A DNA stretch of 64,000 nucleotides. Source: Heterodontus francisci. Taxonomy: Eukaryota. The position numbers and the translations under genes were made by a program. Where the stretch lies: NCBI RefSeq assembly GCF_036365525.1, contig NC_090394.1:71492893-71556892 (forward strand), written 5' to 3'. This document shows, piece by piece, positions 1-14,022 of this stretch. The notes beneath the pieces were generated by a model. It was given only the letters and a program-made list of their open reading frames with translations. It had not been told where the DNA came from and ran no database searches. Numbering within the stretch: the stretch's first letter is position 1; each line of letters begins with the position of its first letter.

Positions 1-525
1 TACAAAAATAATCATGGCTGATCGTCTCATTCAGTACCCTGTTCCCACTTTTTCCACACATCCATGAATCTTTTGGCATTAAGAAATATATCTATCTCCT
101 TCTTGAATATATTTAATGACTTGGCTTCCACTGCTTTCTGCAGTAGAGAATTCCACAGGTTCACCACCCTCTGAGTAAAGGAATTTCTCCTCATCTCGGT
201 TCTAAATGGCATACCCTGTATCCTGAGACTGACCTCTGGTTCTGGACTCCCCAGCCCTCAGGAACATCCTCCCTGCATCTAGCCTGTCTAGTCCTGTTAG
301 AATTTTATAGGTTTCTATGAGATCGCCTCTCATTCTTCTAAACTCTAGTTGGGTTTAGGCTACCCAATCTCTCCTCATACGTCAATACTGCCATCCCAGG
401 AATCGGCCTAGTAAATCTTCTTTGCACTCCCTGCATGGCAAGAACATCCTTCCTCAGATAAGGAGACCAGAACTGCACACAATACACCAGATGTTGTCTC
501 ACCAAGGCCCTGTATAACTGCAGAA
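1..525 (-). mobile_element. CR1 LINE 3' fragment
   Basis: ORF2 C-terminal peptide RTEMRRNSFTQRVVNLWNSL...KAVEAKSL followed by a CR1 3' UTR. Confidence 0.88.
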
Positions 526-558
526 ATAACTACTCCTATTTCTTGTGTTCTTGTTTTC

Positions 559-2491
559 TTGTGTTATTTACAACAACTGCTAAAGAACAGCAATGCCTGG
601 TGCTGGGGAGATGGCCAGAAAAATTCTTTTAAGAAGATCAAGGAGTTGTTAACTTCATCAGAAGTATTAGCACACTATGATCCAGAGCTAATGACCATTA
701 TTACAGCAGACGCATTGGCAACAGGATTAGGTGCAGTTTTATTTCAAATTCAAAAAGCTGGACGACGCAGGCCTGTGTACTTTGCCTCTCGTTCATTGTC
801 AGAGACAGAAGGAAGGTACGCTATGATTGAAAAGAAAGCATTGGCAGCAACATGAGCATGAAAAAAATGTTTGGACTATGTACTGGGCCTTAAGGTCAAG
901 ATTGACCACAAGCCACTACTGACGTTGTTTAATTCAAAGGAGCTATAAAAATTGCCCCAAGCATAGAGATTTCAACTATGACTGATGAGATATGACACAA
1001 CATGTCATGACATGAATATGTCCCAGGGAAACAGCAGGTGACAGCTGACGCATTATCAAGAGTGTCAATTGCTATACCTGAAGTGGGAGATGTCTCATTC
1101 CTGGAGGAAGTGGAAGTCTTTGCTTTAGCTATAACTGAAGATTTGCCAGCAACTGCTCAAAGCTTGCACCAAATTAGAAAACGACAGAAAGAGGACGAAG
1201 TCTGCAAAAATGTAAGACAGTTTTGCCAAGAAGGTTGGCTAGAATAAAACACAGTTTTAAGAAAATATTATGAAAAAATAAGCCATCTAACTATTGTGGA
1301 CAGCTTACTAGTCTATGATGAGAGTCTAGTTATTCTAAGGGGTTTAAGGTTGGAGATCCTAGAGAAACTACACCAAGGGCACTTAGTGCACCAAGTGCAG
1401 AGCAAGAGCGAGGATTTCGGTATGGTGGCTGGGGGTTTCCAAGGAGATTGAAGACATGATTTCCAGGTGTATCACATGCGCTATTACCAGACAAGAATCT
1501 AAAGAGCCACTGATGTCGTCCTTGTTTCTGTCCAGGCCATGGGAGCACCTGGGATTGGACCTGTTTGAACATAAAGGGAAGATTTTCCTTTTTGTTGTTG
1601 ACTATTGCTCCAGATGGGTTGCAGTCAAACCAACACATGGTCAGAATTCTGAAGCCCTAATCAAATCATGAAAGGAAATTTTCGCCACACATGGCATTCC
1701 AGACCTAGTGATCTCCAATAATTGGACAATTTGTGAATGAAGCCTTCAAAGATTTCGCAGAAACATATGGGTTTCCCCATGTTACAAGTTCACCGAGGTA
1801 TCCCAGGGTAATGGAGAAGCAGAGAGAGAGGCATTCAAACCATGAAAATGCTACTGAAAAAGAATAAGGATTTTCAGCTGCCTCTCTGAAAATATCGATC
1901 AACACCACTCCAGAACGTGTTGGTCCCATGTGAGATGCTAATGGGTAGGAGGTTACCACTACCCACACGCCCAAGAACCCTTCAGTCATGAATCGGTGCA
2001 GAAGACTGGGAAAAGGTGAAGGTGACAGAAGAGAAAAAGAGGTCAATCCAAACTGAGAATCACGATAGACGCTGCAGAGCAAAAAATCAAACAGAACTAC
2101 GACCTGGAGATTTGGTTTGGATAAAAGATCAGGACCAATATGGGGAAGTGATGGAGAAATCTTCATATCCTCAATCCTACATAGTCCAGACAGACTAGGT
2201 ATGGATAAGGAGAAATAGAAGATCATTGGTGCTAACATCAGAGAAAAAACAAATGGGAAGAAAAATCAAGAGAGTCAGCTACCAGAAACAGCTGATGAAC
2301 CAGTGATACGACCAACAACAGATCACCCAGATGACAGCAAAAGCAGAAAACCTGAGCCATCCAATAGTTCCACTGACCCACAGGAAACTGAGGAAGAAGA
2401 ACCGAAGGAACCAATACCCCAAACAAGTGAAAGAAGAGCACGCTGTGGCAGAGTTGTGAGAGCCCCACTGTATTACAGACCTGATGAATGA
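559..2491 (+). mobile_element. Decayed Ty3/Gypsy pol 3' part (RNase H plus integrase), canonical order
   Basis: LAHYDP..T...ADA...GLGAVL.Q...PVYFASRSLSETE.RYA.IEK (RNase H), ADALSR, and C..C / RPWEHLGLDLFEH...VVDY.SRW (integrase). Many stops and frameshifts. Confidence 0.9.
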
Positions 2492-2512
2492 AGTCAGAGA
2501 CTTGGGCAGAGA

Positions 2513-2890
2513 TGTAGTATAATGTACATAAACTGTTGCTGGGTAGATTATGTATATAGACCTTAAGCATCATCACAGGATAGAAAGATAGAAAATAGGC
2601 ACAGCAGTAGGCCATTCGGCCCTTTGAGCCTGCTGTGCCATTCATTATGATCATGGGTGATCATCCAACTCAGTCACCTGTTCCCGCTTTCGCCCCATAC
2701 CTTTTGATCCCTTTAGACCCAAGAGCTATATCTAACCCAAGGATGTGATGTCATCAGTATGAACTTTGTGTTGCTCAATGTTCATGTAGATACTTTAGAG
2801 ATAAGAACCCTGTAAATAAACTCCTGTTACTTTGACCCAAAGCCTACTATTCTCGTTTAATATTAATGGCACACTGACCAGTACAGTACA
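2513..2890 (+). mobile_element. 3' LTR of the Gypsy element, interrupted by a minus-strand CR1 tail (about 2578-2738)
   Basis: Purine-rich gggcagaga directly before TGTAGT, AATAAA at about 2815, terminal TACA. Termini form a TGTA...TACA inverted repeat. Confidence 0.6.
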
Positions 2891-3139
2891 ATAGGAATAT
2901 GAAGAGGCCATTTATCCCCTCGAGCATATTGCACCATTCAATGAGATCATAATGGATCTGTGACCTAACTCCACACACCCACCTTTGCCCAAATCCCTTT
3001 TATACCTTAGGTTAACAAAAATCTAACAATCTCAGTTTAAAATTTTATAATTGATCTCGCGTCAAATGTTGATTCGGAAGAGAGTTCCAAACTTCTACCA
3101 CCCTTTGTGTGTAGAAGTGTTTCCTAATCTCATTCCTTG

Positions 3140-6100
3140 ATAGCACTCTCACCTCTGTGTCACAAGGTTCTGGGTTCAAGTTCTACTTCAGGGCTTGTAC
3201 ACAAAAATCAGAGTTGACATTTCAGTGCAGTACTGAGGGAGTGCTGCACTGTTGGAGGTGCTATCTACGAATGAGACATTAAACTGCAGCCCAGTCTGCC
3301 TGGATATAAAAGATCCCATGGCACTATTTTGAAGAAGAGCAGGGAAGTTATCCCAGGTGTCTTGCCAATATTAATCCCTCTATCAACATCACAAAGACAG
3401 ATTATCTGCTTATTATTGCTAGTGCTGTTGGGGAGGGTTTAAACTAAATTGTCAGGGTGTTGGGAACCTAAGAGGGAGCTTAGATTGGAGGGAAGCAAAA
3501 CTGGTAACAGGAAGTAGAGAAGTAGTAAGCGAAATTGGAAGGCAGACGAGACGAAGGCAAACATCAAATAGGATCAGAATGAGGTATAATGTTAAGACAA
3601 AGTTAAGGGCATGCTATCTGAATGCACGCAGCATTCGAAAGCACAAATAGAGGTAAATGGGTATGATTTAATTGCCATTATAGAGATGTGGTTACAGGAT
3701 GACCAGAACTGGGAACTGAATATTCAGGGATATTTGTCATTTAGGAGGGATAGGCGGAGGGGAAAAGGAGGTGGGGTACATTAGTGAGAGAGGATCTTAG
3801 ATTGAAGGAGCAAGATGTAGAATTAGTTTGGATGGTGCCATGAAACAGCAAGGGGCAGCAAACATTGGTGGGAGTTGTTTATAGGCCACCAAACAGTGGT
3901 GGTAATGTTGGGCACGGTATAAATCAGGAAATTAGAGCTGCATGTAGCTTGGGCAATACAGTAATAATGGGCGACCAATTTATATAAAGATTGGGTAAAC
4001 CTAATTAGCACTAATGCTGTGGAGGATGAATTCCTGGAGTGTGTACAAGATCGGTTTCTGGAGCAATACGTTAAAGAACTAGGAATCAGGCTATTTTAGA
4101 TTTAGTATTGTGTAATAAGAAAGGACTAATTAATAACCTTGCTGTAAAGGATCCATTAGGAAATAGTGTCCACAATATGATAGAATTCTACATGAAGTTT
4201 GAAAGAGATATAGTTCATTCCGAAACTAGGGTGTTAAATCTGAACAACGGAAACTATGAAGGTATGAAGGGCAAGTTGACTGGTGGATTGGGAAAATACA
4301 TTAACAGATTTAACAGCAGACAGGCAATGGCTAGTATTTAAAGAAGTATTACACGGTTTACAACAAATATACATTCCTCTAAGACACAAAAACCCAACAG
4401 GAAAGGTGACTCAACCATGGCTAACAAAAGACGTTAAGGATTGCATTAGGTCAAAGGAAGTGGCTTATAAGGTCGCCAGAAAAAGTGGTAAGCCCGAGAA
4501 TTGGGAGCAATTTAGAGTCCAACAAAGGAGGACCAAGAAACTGATAAAGAAAGGGAAAAGAGATTATGAATGTAAGCTAGCTATAAACATAAAGGCGGAC
4601 TGTAAAAGCTTCTTTAGGTATGTGAAAAGGAAACGATTAGCAAGGACGATTGTGGGTCCATTGCAGGTGGAGACAGGAGAGTTTGTGGTGGAGAATGAGG
4701 AAATGGCGGAGAGACTAAACACTTACTTTGTGTCTGTCTTCATGGAGGAAGACACAGAAAATCTCCCAGAAATACTAGGGAACCAAGGGACTTGTAAAAA
4801 ATGAGGACCTGCAAGTAATTTGTATCAATAAAGAGGTAGTACTTGAAAAATAAATTGGATTGAAAGTTGATAAATCCCCTGGACCAGATGAGTTACATCC
4901 CAGAGTATTGAAGGAAGTGGCTATAGAGATAGTGGATGCATTGGTGGTTATCTTTCAAAATCCTATAGACTCTGGTTCCTGCAGACTGGAAAGTAGCAAA
5001 TGTAACCCCACTATTTAAAAACGGAGCGAGTGAAAAAACGGAGAACTACAGACCTGTTAGTTTGATGTCAGTAGTAGGGAAAATGTTAGAATCTATTATA
5101 AAGGATGAGTTAACTGGACATTTGGAAAATAATGATTATGATTGGGCAGAGTCAACATGGATTTCTGAAAGGGAAATCATATTTGACAAACCTGTTGGAG
5201 TTTTTTGAAGATGTTACTTGTAGTATAGATAAAGGAGAACCAGTGGATGTGGTGTATTTGGATTTTCAGAAAGCTTTTGATAAGGTCCCACACAGGTTAG
5301 TAAACAAAATTAGAGCACATGGGATTGGGGGTAATATACTGCTATGGATTGAGAATTGGTTAACAGACAGAAAGCAGAGAGTAGGAATAAATGGGTCATT
5401 CTCAGGATGGCAGGCTGTTACTGGTGGGGTACTGCAAGGATCAATGCTTGGGCCACAGCGGTTCACAATCTATATAAATGATTTGGATATGGAGACCAAA
5501 TTTGCAGATAACACAAAACTAGGAGGGAATATAAGTCTTGAGGAGGATGCAAGGGAGCCTCAAGGGGATTTGGACAGGTTATGTGAATGGGCAAGAACAT
5601 GGCAGATGGAATATATTGTGAATAAGTGTGAAGTGATCCACTGTGGTAGAAAAAACAGAAAGGCAGAGTATTTCTTAAATGGTGAGAGGTTGGGAAGTGT
5701 TGATGTCCAAAGAGACCTGGGTGTCCTTGTTCATGAGTCACTATACAGGTGCAGCAGGCAATTAAGAAGGCAAATGGTATGTCAGCCTTCATTGCAAGCG
5801 GTTTTGAGTACAGGAGTAAATATGTACTGCTTCAATTGTATAAAGCCTTGGTGAGACCGCACCTGGAGTATTGTATACAGTTTTGATCTCTCATCTGAGG
5901 AAGGATATACTTGCCATAGAAGGAGTGCAACAGAGGTTCACCAGACTGATTCCTGGGACGATGGGATTGTCTTATGAGGATAGATTGCAGAAATTGGGCC
6001 TGTTTTCTCTAGAGTGTCAAAGGATGAGAGATGATCTCATTGAAACATACAAAATTCTTACAAGGCATGACAGGGTGGATGTAGATAGGATGTTTCCTGT

Positions 6101-6588
6101 GGCTGGTGAGTCTAGAACAAGGGGACACAGTCTCAGGATAAGGGGCAGGCCACTTAAGACAGAGATGGGTAGAAATTTCTTTACTCAGAGGGTGGTGAAT
6201 CTGTGGAATTCTCTATCCCAGAGGGCTGTGGAAGCTCAATCATTGAGCATGTTCAAGACAGAAATCGACAGATTTCTGAATACTAATCACATCAAGGGAT
6301 ATGGGGTTAGTGGGGAAAATGGTATAGAGGTAGATGGTCAGCCATGATCTGATTGAAGGACGGAGTAGGCTCGACTGGCCGAATGGCCTACTCCTGCTCC
6401 TATTTCCTATGATCCTATGATTCCCACATCGCTGTTTGTGGGATCTTGCTGTGCGCAAATTGGCTGCTGTGTTTCCTACTTTACAATAGTGACTGCACTT
6501 CAAAAGTACTTCATTGGCTGCAAAGCACTTTGGGACCTCCTGTGGTCATGAAGGCACTATATAAATGCAAGTCTTTCTGTCTTTCTTT
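3140..6588 (+). mobile_element. SacSINE1/DeuSINE-like SINE split in two (about 3140-3420 and 6420-6588) by a CR1 insertion
   Basis: tRNA-like head (ggttcaag), Deu-type core cagtgcagtactgagggagtgctgcactg, and tail ctatataaatgcaagtctttc. Homologous to the intact copy at 61548. Confidence 0.8.
3421..6419 (+). mobile_element. CR1 LINE, 5'-truncated, with decayed ORF2 (endonuclease plus RT)
   Basis: YLNARSIR, SQHGFLKGKSYLTNLLEFFE, VDVVYLDFQKAFDKVPH, QGSMLGP, KFADNTK, FFTQRVVNLWNSL, ending in a cctatttcctatgatcctatga tail. Confidence 0.93.
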
Positions 6589-7552
6589 TCCTGAAAGATC
6601 TGGCTTTAATTTTTAAACGATGTCCCCTAGTCTCAGACTCCCCAACCAGTGGAAATAGTTTTTCCCTATCTACTTGATCTGTTCCTCTTAATATCTTAAA
6701 AATGTTGATCAAATCAATCCTTAACCTTCTAAATTCCAGGGAATATAACCCTAGCGTGTGTAATCTCTCCTCGTAATTTCAACCCTTGGAGTCCGGGTAT
6801 CATTATGGTAAATCTACACTGTACATCCTCCAAAGCCATGTGTCTTTCCTAAGGTGTGGTGCCCAGAACTACTCCCAGTATCCAGGCGTGGCCTAACCAG
6901 AGCTTTGTATAGCTGAAGCATGACTTCTATCCCCGTTTATTCTTGTCCTCTAGATGTAAAGTCCAGCATTCCATTGGCTTTTTTCATTATTTTCTGCACT
7001 GGCTTATGACACTTCAATGATCTATGTACCTGGACCCCTAAATCTCTTTGGACCGCTACTGTTTCTAGCTTTTCATCATTTAGAAAGTACCCTGTTCTAT
7101 CCTTTTTGGTCTAAAATGGATGAAATGACGTTTTCCTACACTGAAATTCATTCACCACAATTTTGCCCATTCACTTAATCTATCAATACCTCTTTGTAAT
7201 GTTATGCTTCCATCTATGCGACTTACAATGCCTCCTATCTTTGTGCCACAGCAAATCTATATATGTGGCTTTCTATCCCATTATCTGAGTTTTTACAAAT
7301 ACAGCGAATAGTTGAGATCCCAACACAGTTCCTTCTGTCCTTGTGGAACACCAGTAGTCACACCCTGCTCATTATCCCTACTCTCTACCTCCTGCTGCTC
7401 AGCCCATTTCCTAACCAGATCAATAATTTGCCTTCAATTCCGTAGCTTCAACTTTAGCTAACAGTCTCTTATGAGGGACTTTATCAAATGCCTTCTGGAA
7501 GTTCATATAAATAACATCCAGAGACATATCCCTGTCCACAACTTTGGTCACT

Positions 7553-7760
7553 GGGGGTCGGTTAGCTCAGTTAGCTAGAGTATGATGCAGGAAGACGCCA
7601 ACAATGCGGGTTCAATCCCCGTACTGGCTATGGTAGTTCATGGAGGCCTGCCTCCTCACCTTGCCCCACGCTTGACGAGTGGTGACCCTCAAGCTATACA
7701 TCACCAACTGTCTCTCTCTAATGGGGAGAGATGCCAATGGTCCTTTGGCACTATGGTTAC
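7553..7760 (+). mobile_element. tRNA-derived SINE (head fragment of the same family at about 60905-60960)
   Basis: A-box-like ggttagctcagttagc and B-box ggttcaatcc. Flanked by an imperfect direct repeat, acaactttggtcac / acaattttagtcag. Confidence 0.65.
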
Positions 7761-8014
7761 AACAATTTTAGTCAGCTCTTCAAAAATTCAATCAGATTCA
7801 TTGGGTATGATCTACCCATTACAAATCCATGCTGGCTCTCTCTGGTCAGCTGAAAATTTTCAAGGTGTTCAGTCACCCTGTCCTTAAATATAGACTCTAA
7901 TAATTTCCTAACGAAAGATGTTAGGCTAACTGGTTTACAATTGCCAGGTTTCCTTTCTCAACTTTCTGAAAATAATGGACTGAAACACGCAATTTTCCAA
8001 TCTAAAGAAACAGA

Positions 8015-8958
8015 ATTCCCAGCTTCTGACCTGCTCTTGTAGTTTCTGGTCAATGGTAACCCCAGGATGTTGATAGTGGGGGAATCAGCGATGGTAATGC
8101 CATTGAATATCAAGGGGAGATGGTTATATACTCTCTTGTTGGAGATGGTCATTGCCTAACATTTGCATGGTGCAAATGGTACTTGCCACTTATCAGCCCA
8201 AGTCTGAATGTTTTCCAGGTCTTGCTGCACATAGACACAGACTGCTTCAGTATCTGAGGGGTTGTGAATGGTACTGAATATCATAAAATCATCAACAAAC
8301 ACCCCCACTTCTGACCTTATGATGGAGGGAAGTTCATTGATGAAACAGCTGAAGATTGTTGGGCCTAGGACACTACCCTGAGGAACTCCTGGGACTGAGG
8401 TGATTGGCATCCAACACTGACCATCTTCCTTTGTGCTAGGTATGACTCCAACCAGTGGAGAGTTTCCCCCCTAATTCCCACTGACTCTAGTTTGGCTAGG
8501 GCTCCTTGATGCCATACTCGGTCAAATGCTGCCTTGATATCAAGGGCAATCACTCTTACCTCACCTCGAGTTCAGCTCTTTTGTCCATATTTGAACCAAG
8601 GCTGTAATGAGATCCGGTGCTGAGTGGCCCTGGCGGAATCCAAACTGAGTGTCAGTGAGCAGGTTATTGCTGAGCAAGTGCCGCTTGATAGCACTGTCAA
8701 CAACTCCTTCCATCACTTTGCTGATGATCGGGAGTGGACTGATAGGGCGATAATTGGCTGGGTTGGATTTCTCCTTCTTGTGCACAGACAACCCTGGGCA
8801 ATATTCCACATTGTCAGATAGATGCCAGTGTTGTAGCTGTACTGGAACAGTTTAACTAGGGGCGCGGCTAGTTCTGGAGCACAGTTCTTCAGTACTACAG
8901 TTGGGATGTTGTCAGGACCGATAGCCTTTGCAGTATCCAGTGTCTTCAGCTGTTTCTT
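8015..8958 (-). mobile_element. Internal RT fragment of the CR1-group LINE family seen at 14590-18255
   Basis: NPANYRPIS, QFGFRQGHSAPDL, ALDIKAAFDRVWH, GVPQGSVLGP; nearly identical peptides to the 14.6-17.5 kb copy. Confidence 0.88.
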
Positions 8959-9593
8959 TGAAATCCTGGGATGGAAACCATCTGGTCCTGGGGACTTGCC
9001 ACTAGTGCCATTATTTTCTTCATTACTGTTATTTTGCTTCTGTTAATTTTGGTGAGTTCCCATCCCTGATCCAATATTAGTTTCCTTAGGGTATCCAGTA
9101 TGCTGATCTCTTCCTCTACTGTAAATACTGATGCAAAGTAATTCGTCAGCAGGTCTGTCATTTCCTTATTTTCATTGACAATATCCCTGTTATCAGTTTT
9201 TAATGAGTCCACATTGCTCCTGACTACTCTCTTTTTCCTAATGTAATTGAAACATTTTTCTTGTTGATTTTAATATCCCTTGCAAGTTTCTTTATACTCC
9301 CTTTTTGTAGCTCTATCTGTTTTGTCACCCTTTGCTGTTATTTGCATTTTCCCAGTTGCCAGGGTTGGTGCTTTTTTTGCATTTTTGTGTGCTTTTTCCT
9401 TTTAGTTTTATGTTGTCTCTTATCATTTTAGTTGTCCAAGGCTATTTCTTTTGGAAAGTAGAGCTCTTAGTCCTTAGGGGTATAAACTCATGCTGTATTA
9501 TATTAAATTGTTTTTTGAACACCTCCCACTGATATCCAGTTGTTTTACCCAATAACAGATTTTCCCAGTTTATTGTGGACAGTCTCTGTCTCT

Positions 9594-10697
9594 ATTGGGC
9601 ATCTTCTCCATGCTGCTGACCTTCGCCTTCCCTGCAGATATGGAAGAGTCTACTTGCACACTAAGTCAGACAGCAAGCTCTACAATCTATCAAGGCTGAA
9701 AGCAAAGACAAAAACACATTCCATCCTGATCAGAGAACTCCTCCACGGTGATGATGCTGTGCTAGTCGCTCACACGGAAACTCAGCCACAAAGATTCATG
9801 GACTATCTCTCTCATGCCTGTAACTTGTTCTCCTTTACTATAACCATCAAGAAAATTGTGGTCATGGTACAAGGTGTTGCATCTCTGCCCCTGATCACAC
9901 TCAATAACACCCCACTGGAAGTGGTTAGCAAATTCTGCTACCTTGGGTCCACGGTGACAGTCAATCTGTCCCTTGATGCAGAGTTCGATAGGGAAAGCAG
10001 CTATCACCTTTGGCCGACTTGCAAAACATGCATGGGGTAACACCAAGCTGACCCTTAGGACCAAGCTGATGGTTTTTAAGGCCTGCGTTCTCAGCACCTT
10101 GCTGTATGGCCGTGAAACATGGGCGACTTACAGCTACCAGGAAAAGAAGCTCAATAGTTTCCATCTTTGCTGTCTGCGGTGCATTATGGGCATATCCTGG
10201 CAGGACAAAATAGTCCTCTTAAAGGCAGAGCTCCCAAGTGTGTTGGCACTAATCAAACAGAGGCGGCTTCAGTGGATCGGACACGTCCGCAGGATGGAAG
10301 ACGGACACATACCCAAGGACCTTCTGTATGATGAGGTAGACGGGGACAGACGACCAGTGGGGCACCGAAAACTCCAGTTCAAGGATGCTTGCAAGCCTGA
10401 TATAGAGGCTCTAAATGTCGACTATCGCAACTGGGAGTCACTAGCTGGCGAAAGAGGGAAATGGTGTGCACCATCACGATGACCAGTTGCTACAGCAGTT
10501 TGGCAACAGGTGCTAACGTCAAAAACAACTCACAGCGTCACTTGGCAGCTTCATGTGCGGCACTTGTGGCAGAACCTGTCTCTCATGGATTGACCTTCAC
10601 AGCCATCAGCAAAGGTGCACCAAGAGAAGACACCCCACTTAAATGGATTGTTTGCTGCGTGTCCGTCATCTTCCTTAGATGGAAGGATGGCAACCTC
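9594..10697 (+). mobile_element. RTE-clade LINE 3' fragment
   Basis: IRELLHGDDAVLVAH (from LFADD), KFCYLGSTV, IGKAAITFGRL, TKLMVFKACVLSTLLYG, QRRLQWIGHVRRMEDGHIPKDLLY. Confidence 0.88.
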
Positions 10698-13124
10698 TAT
10701 CTATCTCATCCCATTGAAGTCAGCCTTACGTAAATCTAGAACCTTAGTAATTGTTTCACGTTTCCCATTTTCAAAAACTGCATTGAACTCGATCATATAT
10801 GATTGCTAACAGATAAATGTTCATGACCGCTAGGCTGTTTAACTAAATCTGGCTCATTAGTAAATCTAACATGGCCTGCCCCCTGTTGTTTCCAGGACAC
10901 ATTGCTGCAAAAAACTTTGCAGAGCACACCAAAGAAATTCTTCGACCTGAAATGTTCACTCAGTTTCTCTCTCCACAGATGCCGCCAAATCTGCTGAGTA
11001 TTTCCAGCACTTTGTTTTTATTGCCGATTTCCAGCATATGCACCTTTATGAAAGTTTAAATCTCCCAGTTAAACCACTCTGCCTTTGCTACATGGATATC
11101 TAATCTCTGCCTTTATACAATCTACTGCTTCACAGTTGCTACCTCAGGGCCTGTACACAACTCTCACTACAGTCTGAAATCCTTTCTGTTTCCTAATTCT
11201 ATCCATAAAATCTCTACTGCTTGCATACCTCTCATATCATCTCTTATCGTCAAAGTGATTTAATCCTTAATCAAAAATGCTACTCCTTCCCCTCTACCAT
11301 TTCCCTATCTTTCCTGTAAATCTTAAACCATCTTTCAGTAATGCCTACCACGTCATACCCTCCAAGTTGGATTTGCATCTGCAATTCGTTCAATTTGTTC
11401 CTTATACTCCGTGTGCTTATATAAGAATGCTTATTTGGGCCACACACTTTAATCTGTCCTTCTGCTCTCATGTTTCATTCACACACTTCCTTTACCTTTA
11501 CTGCCTAAAACAAAACTTCTGTTATTCTACTCTCTTCCTCTTCTTTTGCTTTTGAATTATTACCTATAGTAGCTTTTGCACCCGAGCCCTCCCCCACTAC
11601 CCCCGCCAACATTTACCAGTTTAATGTCCTTGTGAGTGCCCTCTACCTTTCCTCTCGGGCTCTGGTCCCAGCCCAGTTCAGGTGGAGCCATCCAAACGGT
11701 ACAGTTCCTTCCTGGTGCTATTTTCCCAGGCAATAAAACCCCACTCTCCCATGCCACTCCTTCCACTATGTGTTCACCTCTCTAATCTGCTTACCCCTAT
11801 GCCAAGTTGCGTGTGGTTTAGGTAATAATCCAGTTGAGATCCTGTTCTTTAATTTGGCTCCTGTCTCCTGGTACTCTCCAAACAGGATCTCTTGCCTACT
11901 CTTCTCTATATTGTTGGTGCCAACATGGACCACAATCACTGGATCCTTCCCCTTCCTCTCCAATATCCTTTCAACCTGATTACAAATGTCCCTCAACTTT
12001 GCAGCAGTTAGACAACATACCATGCGAGGTTCTCAATCCTGCTACAAAGGATGTAATCTGTCTCCCTAATTATTGAATACCCTACAACTACCACATTACA
12101 TTCCTCCCTCCTCCTCCTCCCCACTTCGGACATCCTCCTGCTCCAATGTGCCCTGGTCTGCATTTTGGCTGTCCTTCCAACAGTCTTTATTCCTATCCTC
12201 ACAGGTATTGTTGGATGGGATCAGTTTCTGCAGGTCCTCATTCTCTATCTCACATGTTTTCCCTTACTCCGTACACTATGAGTCACACCAACCCCATACT
12301 GAAACTGCACCTCTCAATGAGGTCTGGAGTAAACTGTCCAGGTACTGCTCCCCCTCCCTTATGTGTTGGAGTGTCTCCAACACGCACTCCAGCTCAATGA
12401 CTCTGAGCTGAAGAGATTTGCAATGGAAACATCTGTTGCAGATGTGTTTGCAAGAGACAATCCTGGTGGCCACAAACTCTCGCATACTGCAGTCCAGACA
12501 CACAACCTTACTCTGATAGATCAGAGTCTAGATTAATTATATCTACATTTGTTTGTTGTAAGCTTTTTTTCCTTTTCTACACACAACTTGCACTGAGCAC
12601 TAAACACTGGACAAAAATTTTAAATACTGATCACCTCACCTTACATGAACCAATACAAGTGTTGGAGGGAAAAAAGCACCTTCTTTCCCCTCCGCACTGA
12701 ATCCCCACTCTCACCAAATTCCTGACTTTTGCACCGTATTTACACTGCACTCTTTCCACGAGCACCCTGTGCAATTGTGCACCCCGCACCCCCCAAACCT
12801 TTCCTTTTTTCCTCCCACTCCAACGCTGCAAATATTGGCAATCCATCTGCTGTTTCCCCTGCCCCCCACAGCCCCTGTAAATGACAGCAAAATGGCGAGA
12901 AAGGTGGTGGTTTCGGGACCCTTTGCAGGAAGGAAGGACGTACATCGGCTGCTGGCCCTCTACCAGCCATTCCACTTTGCCTATCCCTTCGCTGCTGCAG
13001 CCAATTCGGATAGTTCAAGCTGAATTATTGAGGGGGCTTCTAACCTCCCCCCAACCCCACTTCAGACTGCCCTCTGAATGTGCCTAATTCAGCTGCCAAG
13101 GCATCATGTCATTTCCTATTCCAA

Positions 13125-14022
13125 TGTTACAACCGCTCAGGACAAAGCCCCAATCAAAATATATGATTCTGATTATGGTGGGAGCAACGCACTGTCAATT
13201 CAGTCCTATCACTCCACAGTTTGCATCATATATCTTCAAGCTCTCCAAATCGAAGAAAGCAGCAGCTGAATTGAAACAATCTAGTAACCCCCAAATGAGG
13301 CAAAATAAAACCAGGTATCTTTCGATATCAACAAATTAGCTATTTATTAAAAAACTAAAATCTTAAACACTAAGATAAACCAATATCTAAAGACCTTATA
13401 ACTTCTTAGTTAAAAATACTAACTCCCGCATTCACATACATATACTCAAACTAACAGTAGTTTGGTTTTTAATTAACTGCCTGAAAAAATAGAAAAAACA
13501 ATAAAGTCTTTGCAGATTACGCTTCCAACAAATGGTTTTCTGATACAACACAGTCCCAAGTTCACCTGCGGTCTTCCAAGGTCCGATGAGAAAAGGGTCC
13601 TTTCAGAGATAGGGGTTCAACAGTTCAGTTTGGCAGTTGTAATATTAAACTCTTCTTTTTTCCAGCAATGAACACAGCAGATCATGAAATTGTTATTTCT
13701 TTAAGGAATTAATTTGTCTTGAAGCTTTTTAGAAGTTTGAGAGAGAAGCTACCCAGGGTTTAAATTGACTTAGAGTGAGCTCTCCTATTTCCTTCAAGTG
13801 CTGGATTAGTCTGACAACTGTGTGTCTCTGCTAGCCAGTTTCAAAGTCAAAATGGATACATTGAAGTCCTGTTCTCCCTCTCTGTATGGTTGTTGCCTGA
13901 CAATCAGAATGCACTTTGGCTTACAGTCTCTGGAGCTTGCTGCCTTAAAGAAGTACTGATCTTTTACAGCCTTAAAGGCGCAGGGCAATATTTCCTGAGG
14001 AAAGAAAAACAGGATTGTGACA
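13125..14022 (-). mobile_element. Solo LTR, probably Gypsy
   Basis: Termini TGTTACAA...TTGTGACA form a 7/8 inverted repeat. Flanks are CCAA and CCAC (4-bp TSD with one mismatch). Minus-strand AATAAA at about 13342. No coding capacity. Confidence 0.6.

Larger units (their letters stand above)
2891..12510 (-). mobile_element. Old, near full-length CR1 LINE split by nested insertions
   Basis: Collinear minus-strand pieces: ORF1 zinc finger CLDCSM...HICNRC (12276-12503), SGNH esterase VVHVGTNN (11766-12023), endonuclease start RSIRNKLNEL...YDVVGITE (11280-11471), RT pieces (6590-9590) and 3' tail (2891-3140). The sequence resumes correctly across each insertion. Confidence 0.82.

Noticed and set aside
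1705-2654. 177-aa and 138-aa minus-strand ORFs, and many similar short ORFs elsewhere
   Set aside because: Antisense shadows of TE coding sequence or random frames with no domain signal or splice support.
12630-13120. MITE-like GC-rich remnant (similar block at about 38400-38880)
   Set aside because: No terminal inverted repeats or TSD could be defined by eye.
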